Assembly: GCA_020832005.1 (NCBI GenBank) | Contig: JAFIFN010000001.1 | Span: forward strand, 9,775-73,774 | Direction of reading: 5' to 3' | DNA: 64,000 nucleotides | Origin: Gammaproteobacteria bacterium | Lineage (GTDB): Bacteria > Pseudomonadota > Gammaproteobacteria > Steroidobacterales > PWYM01 | Shown: piece after piece, positions 53,816-61,985 of the stretch | Layout of the letters: every line of letters begins with the position of its first letter | How positions within the stretch are numbered: the stretch's first letter is position 1 | The notes under the pieces: model-generated | Seen by the model: only the letters and a program-made list of their open reading frames with translations | What the model was told of the DNA's origin: nothing | The model's database searches: none | Made by a program: the position numbers and the translations under genes

Positions 53816-56800
53816 GTGCCAAGCACTGATATCCGCCAGACCGTTCTGCCCTCCGCCCCCGGCGTGCGTGTGGCATGGGGGGCCTTGCATGGCTCGGCCG
53901 ATGCCCTGGCCATCGCCAATGGCCACCGCCACGCCGCCGATCGCGCCTGGCTGGTGGTCTGCGCCAGCCCCGCTGAAGCAGACCGGATGGCGGCCCGACT
54001 GGCTTTCTACCACCGCGCGCCCGAGCAGGTACGGCTGTTTCCCGACGCAGAGACCCTGCCCTACGACAGCTTCTCACCGCATCCTGACCTGATCTCCGAG
54101 CGCATCCGCCGGCTGGCGGAGCTGGCGCGCGGCGACACCGCCATGCTGGTTGTCTCGGCGGCCACGCTGCTGGCCCGGCTGCCGCCGGCGGCCTATGTCG
54201 CGCGATCCCTGTCGCTGCATCCCGGACAGCAGCTCGACAGCGTCGCCCTGCGCCGTCAACTCGAGACCGCCGGTTACAGCCATGTTTCCCAGGTCATGGA
54301 GCATGGCGAGTTCGCCGTACGCGGCTCGCTGATCGATCTGTTCCCGATGGGCGAGTCCACGCCCGTGCGCATCGATCTGTTCGATGACGTCATCGACACG
54401 CTGAAGCGCTTCGACCCGGAGTCGCAGCGCTCGACCGAAACGCTCGAAGCCCTTGAAATCCTGCCGGCGCGGGAGTTCCCGCTCGACGAGGCCGGGATCC
54501 GTGGCTTCCGGCAGCGCTTCCGGGCACGCTTCGAGGGCGATCCTGCGCGCACCCTGATCTATCGTGAAGTCTCCGCGGGCAACGCGCCCGGTGGCATCGA
54601 GTACTACCTGCCGCTGTTCTTCGACGATACCGCCTCACTGCTCGACTACCTGCCTGCCGACAGCATCGTGTGCATGCCAGGGGACATGGAAGCGCTGCTC
54701 GAGGCGCAGTGGCAACAGGCCTGTGAACGCCATGAGCAGATGTCCGTGGACCCGGAGCGGCCGCTGCTCGCGCCCGCCGAAGCGCTGTGGGCGCCCGGGC
54801 CATTGCTGGCACGCCTGCGCGACGAGCATCGCGGTATCGAACTGAGTCGCAACGAGTATCCCGACGGGGACGGATCGCGGGTGGTGAACTATGCCACCTC
54901 CCTGCCGCCTGCCGTGGCTTTCGATCAGCGCGCCGAGCAGCCGGCTGCGCGCCTCGCCGGGTTTCTAAATGACTTCGACGGTCGCGTGCTGATCGCGGCG
55001 GAGTCCGCGGGTCGCCGCGAGTTGATCCTCGATGTGCTCAAGGGTCGGGATTTCACGGTCACCGCCTGCCGTGGCTGGGCGGAGTTCCTGGACCGTTCGC
55101 CGGCGCTGGGCATTACCGTGGCTCCGCTGGACAGCGGGCTGATGCTGCCCGAGGCGGGCCTGGCTGTCATCGCCGAGGAGCAGCTGTTCGGCGACCGGGT
55201 TCGCGCCACCCGTGAGCGCCGTCGCGCCGAGCGCGATCCGGCCACGCTGATCCGCGATCTGCGCGACCTGCGTGAAGGCACGCCGGTGGTGCACCAGGAC
55301 CACGGTGTGGGTCGGTTCATCGGCCTGATGACGCTGGAGGTCGGCAACGCCAGCCAGGAATTCCTGACACTCGAATACCAGAACAACGACCGCCTGTATG
55401 TGCCGGTACAGAGCCTGGAACTGATCAGCCGCTATACCGGCAGCTCACCGGAGTCCGCCCCGCTGCATCGACTGGGCGGTGAGCAGTGGGCGCGGGCGCG
55501 CCGCAAGGCCGCCGAGAAGATCCGCGATGTCGCCGCCGAACTGCTGGATGTGCACGCACGGCGCGCCGCGCGCATCGGCCATGGCTTCAGCATCGCCGAG
55601 GCAGACTACCGCGCGTTTGCGGCTGCGTTCCCGTTCGAGGAAACCGATGACCAGCTCACGACCATCGAGCAGGTCATCAACGACATGCGCGCACCGCAGC
55701 CGATGGATCGCGTCGTCTGCGGCGATGTCGGGTTCGGCAAGACCGAGGTGGCCCTGCGGGCAAGCTTCGTGGCAGTCCAGGATGGCCGGCAGGTGGCAGT
55801 GCTGGTGCCCACCACCTTGCTGGCACAGCAGCATTTCCGCACCTTTTCCGACCGTTTCGCGGACTGGCCGATCCGCGTGGAGATGCTGTCGCGCTTTCGC
55901 ACCGGCAAGCAGGTCAACCAGGTGCTCAGGGACCTGGCCGATGGTCGCGTCGACATTGTCGTGGGCACCCACAAGCTGCTGGCCGAGAGCGTGAAGTTCG
56001 CTCGCCTGGGGCTGGTCATCGTCGATGAGGAGCATCGCTTCGGCGTGCGCCACAAGGAGGCACTCAAGCGCATGCGCAGCGAGGTCGACCTGTTGACGCT
56101 CACGGCCACGCCGATCCCGCGCACGCTGAACATGGCGTTGGGCGGGCTGCGCGACCTGTCACTGATCACCACCCCGCCCTCCGACCGGCTCGGCGTCAAG
56201 ACCTTCGTCACGCAGTGGTCGCACGCGGTGATCCGAGAAGCCTGCCTGCGCGAGATCAAGCGCGGCGGCCAGGTGTACTTCGTGCACAACAGCATCGAGA
56301 CGATCGAACGGGTGGCAGACGAACTCGAGACGCTGCTGCCCGAGGCCAGACTGCGTGTAGCCCATGGCCAGATGCGCGAGCGCGACCTCGAACAGATCAT
56401 GCTGGATTTCTATCACCGGCGCTTCAATGTGCTGTTGTGCACCACGATCATCGAAAGCGGTATCGACGTACCCACGGCCAACACCATCCTGATCAACCGC
56501 GCGGATCGATTCGGGCTGGCGCAGCTGCACCAGCTTCGCGGCCGTGTCGGACGCTCCCACCATCGTGCCTATGCCTACCTGCTGGCGCCGCCGCCGGCGG
56601 CGCTGACCGCCGATGCCGTCAAGCGACTCGAGGCCATAGAATCGCTGGAAGACCTGGGCGCCGGCTTTGCGCTGGCCTCGCATGATCTGGAGATCCGCGG
56701 TGCCGGTGAGCTGCTCGGTGACGAACAAAGCGGCCAGATCCACGAGATCGGCTTCACCATGTACATGGACCTGCTCGAGCGCGCCGTCGCCGACCTCAAG

Positions 56801-57298
56801 GCCGGTCGCGAACCCGCGCTGGATCAGCCCCTGTTCCACGGCACCGAGGTCGACCTGGGCGTCGCGGCACTGCTGCCTGAGGACTACCTCCCCGATGTTC
56901 ACCAGCGCCTGATTCTCTACAAGCGCATCAGTGCCTGCACGGACGATGCAGCGCTCGATGAACTGCAGGTGGAGATGATCGATCGTTTCGGGCTGCTGCC
57001 GCCGGCGGCGAAGCATCTGGTCCAGGTAGCGCGCCTGAAACATCGGGCAAGTCCGCTGGGACTGCGTAAGCTCGAGGTCGGCGCCGAGGGCGGACGCCTG
57101 AAATTCCATGCCGACACCCGCGTCGATCCGATGACGCTGGTCGGACTGGTACAGCGCGAGCCGAAAGTTTTTTCGCTGGATGGCGGAGAGCTGCTGCGCT
57201 TCCGTGCCTCGCTGCCGGAAGCTGCAGACCGTTTCGATTTCGCCTGCCGGCTTCTGGAGCGGCTCCGTCCCGACGCAAACATGGTCCGCTCAGCCTGA
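53816..57298 (+). CDS. mfd: Transcription-repair coupling factor Mfd
   Basis: 1160 aa. UvrB-homology N-terminus, RNAP-interaction (CarD-like) domain VVHQDHGVGRF, superfamily-2 helicase motifs GDVGFGKTEVA / DEEHRFG, and a TRG motif. GTG start. Confidence 0.96.
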   Translation: MPSTDIRQTVLPSAPGVRVAWGALHGSADALAIANGHRHAADRAWLVVCASPAEADRMAARLAFYHRAPEQVRLFPDAETLPYDSFSPHPDLISERIRRLAELARGDTAMLVVSAATLLARLPPAAYVARSLSLHPGQQLDSVALRRQLETAGYSHVSQVMEHGEFAVRGSLIDLFPMGESTPVRIDLFDDVIDTLKRFDPESQRSTETLEALEILPAREFPLDEAGIRGFRQRFRARFEGDPARTLIYREVSAGNAPGGIEYYLPLFFDDTASLLDYLPADSIVCMPGDMEALLEAQWQQACERHEQMSVDPERPLLAPAEALWAPGPLLARLRDEHRGIELSRNEYPDGDGSRVVNYATSLPPAVAFDQRAEQPAARLAGFLNDFDGRVLIAAESAGRRELILDVLKGRDFTVTACRGWAEFLDRSPALGITVAPLDSGLMLPEAGLAVIAEEQLFGDRVRATRERRRAERDPATLIRDLRDLREGTPVVHQDHGVGRFIGLMTLEVGNASQEFLTLEYQNNDRLYVPVQSLELISRYTGSSPESAPLHRLGGEQWARARRKAAEKIRDVAAELLDVHARRAARIGHGFSIAEADYRAFAAAFPFEETDDQLTTIEQVINDMRAPQPMDRVVCGDVGFGKTEVALRASFVAVQDGRQVAVLVPTTLLAQQHFRTFSDRFADWPIRVEMLSRFRTGKQVNQVLRDLADGRVDIVVGTHKLLAESVKFARLGLVIVDEEHRFGVRHKEALKRMRSEVDLLTLTATPIPRTLNMALGGLRDLSLITTPPSDRLGVKTFVTQWSHAVIREACLREIKRGGQVYFVHNSIETIERVADELETLLPEARLRVAHGQMRERDLEQIMLDFYHRRFNVLLCTTIIESGIDVPTANTILINRADRFGLAQLHQLRGRVGRSHHRAYAYLLAPPPAALTADAVKRLEAIESLEDLGAGFALASHDLEIRGAGELLGDEQSGQIHEIGFTMYMDLLERAVADLKAGREPALDQPLFHGTEVDLGVAALLPEDYLPDVHQRLILYKRISACTDDAALDELQVEMIDRFGLLPPAAKHLVQVARLKHRASPLGLRKLEVGAEGGRLKFHADTRVDPMTLVGLVQREPKVFSLDGGELLRFRASLPEAADRFDFACRLLERLRPDANMVRSA

Positions 57299-57320
57299 AT
57301 CACCCGGGTATACTGTGCGC

Positions 57321-58061
57321 ATGAAAATCCGATCAGCCTTGACTCTTCTGCTGTTCGCGTGGCCGGTCATATTGCTGGGCCAGACCGGCACGCCCGTCGA
57401 GCAGCTCTATCGCGTGGAGCTCATTGTGTTTGCGCATGAGCCGGGGGCCGCCGGCGCCAGTGAGGACTTCCTGGCGCCGCCCGACCCAGACCCGGAGCGC
57501 ATCCTGACGCAGATCGATCTGGCATTCACCCAGCGCCCGGATTGGCTGGCAATCCCGAGGGATCGGGCCGCAGAGTCGGAGGAGATGCCATCAATTCAGC
57601 CCATCGAGCTGCCGAAATACCGTCAGCTGCTCGATGTCAGTCAGGGTGAACTGCGCGGCCTGTTTCAGCGGCTGCAATCACGCGCCGGGCATCGGCCATT
57701 GATGCATATCATGTGGTTGCAGTCCGCGCTGCCCGATGCCGAACCGCCGCTGGTCGATCTCGGCGCTGCCGTGCTCGCAAGCCCGGAGCTCAGCGGCACG
57801 GCCAGGCTGTCGCGATCCCGCTTCCTGCACCTGGAACTGGACCTGGAGTTCCTGCCGACCGATCGGCCGCAGGCACGCCCAATGCCGGTACTGCGTGACG
57901 GCGAGACGGCGATCGAGCGATTGCTGCCGCGCTACCGATTGCAGGAATCGCGGCGCATGCGCAGCCAGGAGACGCACTATTTCGATCACCCCGCCTTCGG
58001 CGTGATCGCGAAGGTCACGCCGCTGGCCGCGAGTGCGTCTCAGGACGACAACGCGCGCTGA
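57321..58061 (+). CDS. CsiV-like periplasmic protein (DUF2803 type)
   Basis: 246 aa from ATG 57321. Signal peptide, LYRVELIVFAH, C-terminal THYFDHPAFGVIAKVTP. Position next to mfd matches other gammaproteobacteria. Family call is from memory. Confidence 0.55.
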   Translation: MKIRSALTLLLFAWPVILLGQTGTPVEQLYRVELIVFAHEPGAAGASEDFLAPPDPDPERILTQIDLAFTQRPDWLAIPRDRAAESEEMPSIQPIELPKYRQLLDVSQGELRGLFQRLQSRAGHRPLMHIMWLQSALPDAEPPLVDLGAAVLASPELSGTARLSRSRFLHLELDLEFLPTDRPQARPMPVLRDGETAIERLLPRYRLQESRRMRSQETHYFDHPAFGVIAKVTPLAASASQDDNAR

Positions 58062-58996
58062 ATCCGTGTGACCTTCGCGGAAGCCTCGTCCGGCGAGGCA
58101 GTCGTTGCGTCCAGCCAGTCAGCAACACGCTCGCCGGCACCGGGAACGGCCACACGAACCTGGCATTTGACGGTAACGAAGCGGCTGCCTGGTGCACGCG
58201 GATTGTGAATGCACATGCGTTTCACGGCCTGGCCGATGGCGCTGGCGTGACTTTCGGCATCGGCCTGGCTCATGTCCTCGGCCAACGCGGCAAAACGTGT
58301 GTCGCCGACTCGGGCGACCAGATCGGTCGTGCGACGCATCGCCGAGGCGATACCGTGGGCCACCAGGCGCAGACATGAGTCGCCGGCCTTGCTGCCAAAG
58401 GTCTGCAGATAGGCATCGAAGCTCTCGATGTCGAACAGCAGCAGCGCAAGCGGTCGGCCTCGCCGCTGCGCACCGGCCAGCTGATGGCGAAACATCTCTT
58501 CGAACCATTCACGTCCGAGAATGCCGGTCACCGGATCCTCGCGGCTCATCTGGCGGATCTGGCGTTGCGCCGCCGCCAGGCGTCCGCGCAGGTCACCCAG
58601 TCCGGTCGCGTCGGCCTGGGCGCCGGCGTGCGTACGTTCATCGACTTGCAGCATCCAGTAGCCGCGACGTCCATCACTGAGTTTCAGTGGAGACACGCGT
58701 ACCTGCCAGGCGGCGAAACTGCCGTCACGCCGCCTGCCGTGCAGGGGTGTGGGCGGCACGTCGCCACCGTCGGTGGTCCCGGTGTCCGGCAGCAGGGCGT
58801 CGAGTGCGCCCGGTGTCGGCACCCATGGGTGGTCGGCGCCGATAAGCTCGGACCCCGAATACCCGGTCAGCTGCTCGAAGGCATGATTTGCCCAGACGAG
58901 GGGAGTTCCAGGACCGCAAGCCTCTATCACGGCCACGGGGCGCTCGACGAGATGCAGCATTTGCTCGAGCAGGTGGCGGGTCAGTGTGTGCGCCAT
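58040..58996 (-). CDS. PAS-domain protein with degenerate GGDEF domain (GDTRF; RxxD I-site retained)
   Basis: 318 aa. PAS (VIEACGPGTPLVWANHAFEQLTGYSGSELIG) followed by a GGDEF fold (DPVTGILGREWFEE...LLLFDIESFDAYLQTFGSKAGDSCL...RRTTDLVARVGDTRFAAL). Confidence 0.8.
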   Translation of the reverse strand: MAHTLTRHLLEQMLHLVERPVAVIEACGPGTPLVWANHAFEQLTGYSGSELIGADHPWVPTPGALDALLPDTGTTDGGDVPPTPLHGRRRDGSFAAWQVRVSPLKLSDGRRGYWMLQVDERTHAGAQADATGLGDLRGRLAAAQRQIRQMSREDPVTGILGREWFEEMFRHQLAGAQRRGRPLALLLFDIESFDAYLQTFGSKAGDSCLRLVAHGIASAMRRTTDLVARVGDTRFAALAEDMSQADAESHASAIGQAVKRMCIHNPRAPGSRFVTVKCQVRVAVPGAGERVADWLDATTASPDEASAKVTRIQRALSS

Positions 58997-59080
58997 CGGG
59001 CGACTTCTCCAAAAGAACTGGCGGTGGAGTTACATAACTCCCAGCAGACCCCAAAGCGCTCCGGGGCACAAGGAATCAGG

Positions 59081-59848
59081 TCACAACCGGGAAGCCAGCG
59101 CAGCCAGTCCCGGCAATGCCCGCCGCAACAGCACGAGTGCGGCATCGGCACTGGTCTGCATATGCGCCTGCATTTCCTCGTGCAGGGCCTGTCGACCGCG
59201 GCCGGCCGCCCAGTTCACCGACAGCGCGATGCACGCATAGGCCAGGTCCAGCTCGCGTGCCAGCGCCGCCTCCGGCATCAGCGTCATGCCCACCATGTCA
59301 CAGCCGTCGCGTGCCAACCGCTCGATCTCGGCGCGCGTCTCCAGGCGGGGTCCCTGGGTGACGCCGTAGGTCCCTCGCGGCGCCGCCGGCTGATCCATCG
59401 CCTGCGCGGCCGCCAGGAGTTCGGCGCGCAGCGACGCATCCATCGGTTCAGTGAATTCGACATGACGCATCGCTCCGGCGTCATCCCAGAAACTCTGTGT
59501 CCGGCCCCAGGTGTAGTCGATCAGCTGATCCGGCAGCGCCAGGCGTCCGGGTCTCATCCACGAGGCAATACCGCCCACGGCGTTGAGCCCGATCACCACT
59601 CGCACCCCAAGAGACTGCAGGGCCGCCAGATTGGCGCGGTAGTTGATGCGGTGCGGCGGCAGTTCGTGGTCCTTGCCATGACGCGGGATGAATGCAAGCA
59701 TGACCTCGTCGAGCCTGGCAACGCACGGCGCTGCCGACGGCGACCCCCACGGTGTGGCGACCGGGTGGAGCGTCGCTGCCTCCAGGGCACCGATCCGCTC
59801 CAGCCCGCTGCCACCGAGTATCCCCAGCAGCGGACGCTCAGCGACCAT
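59081..59848 (-). CDS. 5'-methylthioadenosine/methylthioinosine phosphorylase (PNP family 2)
   Basis: 255 aa. GILGGSGL...FIPRHGKDHELPPHRINYRANLAALQSLGVRVVIGLNAVGG. Confidence 0.85.
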   Translation of the reverse strand: MVAERPLLGILGGSGLERIGALEAATLHPVATPWGSPSAAPCVARLDEVMLAFIPRHGKDHELPPHRINYRANLAALQSLGVRVVIGLNAVGGIASWMRPGRLALPDQLIDYTWGRTQSFWDDAGAMRHVEFTEPMDASLRAELLAAAQAMDQPAAPRGTYGVTQGPRLETRAEIERLARDGCDMVGMTLMPEAALARELDLAYACIALSVNWAAGRGRQALHEEMQAHMQTSADAALVLLRRALPGLAALASRL

Positions 59849-60395
59849 TCTCTTCGCTCACCGCGTAAATCGCCGACAGCCCGCGCCAGTACTCGGCGAC
59901 ATCCATCCCGCAGCCGAACACGTAAACATCATCGACCTCCAGCGCGTGGAAATCGACACCGGCCTTTGGGCTGCGCCGCGGATTACGCTTGACCACGAGC
60001 ACCGCCGTGCGCACGCTGCGCGCCCCGGCGGCATTGCAGGCTTCCTTGACGGCGCTCAGCGTATGACCTTCGTCCAGGATGTCATCGACGACCAGCACAT
60101 CGCGGCCCTCTATCGCCTGGCTTGGCCACACCCGCCACTGGATCTCACCGCCGCGCTGCGCACCGCGATAGCGGGTGGCGTGCAGATAATCCACGCCGTG
60201 CGGAAAATCCAGGCGGCGGCTGAGTTCGACTGTAGGCCACATGCCGCCGGTCATCACGGCGAGCAGCAGCGGATCGGCGTCAGCCAACTGCGCAGTGATC
60301 GCGCCGGCCTGTCTGTCCAGTGCCGTGCTGACCGCGCCGGCATCGTGTATGCAGCGCGCGCGCTCGAGCACCTCGCGCGCCTGGCGTGGCGTCAT
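59838..60395 (-). CDS. hpt: Hypoxanthine-guanine phosphoribosyltransferase
   Basis: 185 aa. PRPP-binding motif VLVVDDILDEGHTL. Overlaps neighbouring genes. Confidence 0.85.
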   Translation of the reverse strand: MTPRQAREVLERARCIHDAGAVSTALDRQAGAITAQLADADPLLLAVMTGGMWPTVELSRRLDFPHGVDYLHATRYRGAQRGGEIQWRVWPSQAIEGRDVLVVDDILDEGHTLSAVKEACNAAGARSVRTAVLVVKRNPRRSPKAGVDFHALEVDDVYVFGCGMDVAEYWRGLSAIYAVSEENGR

Positions 60396-61447
60396 TCAGG
60401 CCGCTCCGGTGCCAGCGCCAGACCCGGTGGCTGCTCGAGTTGCTCGATGAGCCTGCGGGCAGCCTGCCACTGTGGCTCGGCATTCAGATGCTTGCGTTCC
60501 ACGGTATTGCGGGGGCGCAGGCGCACCAGGCGCAGCTGTGCTGCCGGATCACTGTAACCTTCCAGCTCGCGCAGCACCTGGGCGGCTGCGCGTGCATCGT
60601 TACACACCAACACCATGTCACAGCCAGCCGTCACGGCGGCGCGTGCGCGTCCGGCCGGCCCGCCCGCGGTCGCGGCACCCCGCATGCTCAGGTCATCACT
60701 GAATATCGCACCGGTAAAGCCCAATGCATCGCGCAACTCATCACGAATCCAGCGCGAGGAGTATCCGGCCGGCTGCGGATCGACTTCCGGGTAGATGACA
60801 TGGCCCATCATGATCGCCGCAAGGCCGGCATCGATCATGCGCCGGAACGGCTCCATGTCGTCGAGCAGCGCACTCCACGCGCGCCGGTCGACGGCCTCCG
60901 TGACATGCGAATCGGCCACCACACCACCATGCCCGGGAAAATGCTTGCCAACGGCTGCCATGCCGGCATCACGCATGCCCAGCATCAATGACTGTGCAAG
61001 CACCGCGACAGCTTGCGGGTCTGAATGCAGGGCACGGTCCCCGATCACCTGGGAGACGCCGTGATCGAGATCCAGCACGGGCGCAAAACTCAAGTCCACG
61101 TGGCAGCTGCGCAGCTCCGCGGCCAGCAGCCAGCCCAGTGCGCGGGCGGTCTCTCGCGCACCGCGCGGATCTGCATCGTAGGCACGTCCGAGGTGGCGCA
61201 TCGGCGGCAGTATCGTGAAGCCCTCGCGGCAGCGCTGCACGCGCCCCCCCTCCTGGTCGACCGCCACGAGCAGCGGCGGCGTACGCACCGCGTGGATCGC
61301 ATCGACCAATGCAGTCAACTGTTCGGGCGTCTGGATATTGCGCGCAAACAGGATCACGCCGCCGACCTCGGGGCGCCGCAACAGCTCGCGTTCATCCGGG
61401 CGCAGTTCGGGGCCTTCGAGGTCGACCATGACCGGACCGAGCGTCAT
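60392..61447 (-). CDS. nagZ: Beta-N-acetylhexosaminidase NagZ (peptidoglycan recycling)
   Basis: Start at ATG 61447 (MTLGPVMVDLEG). GH3 motifs GGVILFARN, VAVDQEGGRVQR, KHFPGHGGVVADSH. The ORF-track extension to 61546 is rejected. Confidence 0.92.
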   Translation of the reverse strand: MTLGPVMVDLEGPELRPDERELLRRPEVGGVILFARNIQTPEQLTALVDAIHAVRTPPLLVAVDQEGGRVQRCREGFTILPPMRHLGRAYDADPRGARETARALGWLLAAELRSCHVDLSFAPVLDLDHGVSQVIGDRALHSDPQAVAVLAQSLMLGMRDAGMAAVGKHFPGHGGVVADSHVTEAVDRRAWSALLDDMEPFRRMIDAGLAAIMMGHVIYPEVDPQPAGYSSRWIRDELRDALGFTGAIFSDDLSMRGAATAGGPAGRARAAVTAGCDMVLVCNDARAAAQVLRELEGYSDPAAQLRLVRLRPRNTVERKHLNAEPQWQAARRLIEQLEQPPGLALAPERPE

Positions 61448-61448
61448 C

Positions 61449-61985
61449 TCAGCCGATCCGCACTTCGGTGCCCACGGGCACGATCTCAAAGAGTTCGATG
61501 ACATCGGCATTGGACATGCGGATACAGCCGTGGGAGGCCGGCACACCCAGGGGTTCGGTCTCCGGCGTGCCGTGGATGTAGATATAGCGACGCATGGTAT
61601 CGACCTCGCCGAGCCGGTTACGCCCTGGCTCCAGTCCGCTCAACCACAGGATACGGCTGAGTATCCAGTCGCGCTGCGGATAGCGCGCAGCCAGTGCCGG
61701 TGTCCACACCTCGCCTGTCGGCCGCCGACCTACCAGCACTGCACCGGACGGCAGACCCGCACCAATTCTGGCCCGCACCACGTGACGTCCCCGCGGTGTG
61801 CAGCCACTGCCATTGCGCTCACCGGCACCGTTGCGGGCCGTGGACACCGCATAGCGCGCGCTCACGCGTCCGAAACGATATACCGTGAGGCATTGCGCAC
61901 TCAGCGAGACATCCAGCACCACGGCCGCTGCAGCGTCATCGGCAGTTGACGGCGAAGGGGTCCGATTCGGCATTGTCGTGGACAT
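61449..61985 (-). CDS. L,D-transpeptidase (YkuD domain)
   Basis: 178 aa. C-terminal IYIHGTPETEPLGVPASHGCIRMSNADVIELF catalytic motif. Confidence 0.88.
   Translation of the reverse strand: MSTTMPNRTPSPSTADDAAAAVVLDVSLSAQCLTVYRFGRVSARYAVSTARNGAGERNGSGCTPRGRHVVRARIGAGLPSGAVLVGRRPTGEVWTPALAARYPQRDWILSRILWLSGLEPGRNRLGEVDTMRRYIYIHGTPETEPLGVPASHGCIRMSNADVIELFEIVPVGTEVRIG

Noticed and set aside
58484-59992. 502-aa plus-strand ORF
   Set aside because: Antisense to the PAS-GGDEF gene and the MTA/MTI phosphorylase gene. Low-complexity Arg/Gln/His-rich translation.
61936-61985. 50-nt overlap between the histidine kinase 3' end and the L,D-transpeptidase start
   Set aside because: Most likely an over-called start for the transpeptidase (a second ATG lies 12 nt downstream, and later alternative starts are possible) rather than a functional overlap.
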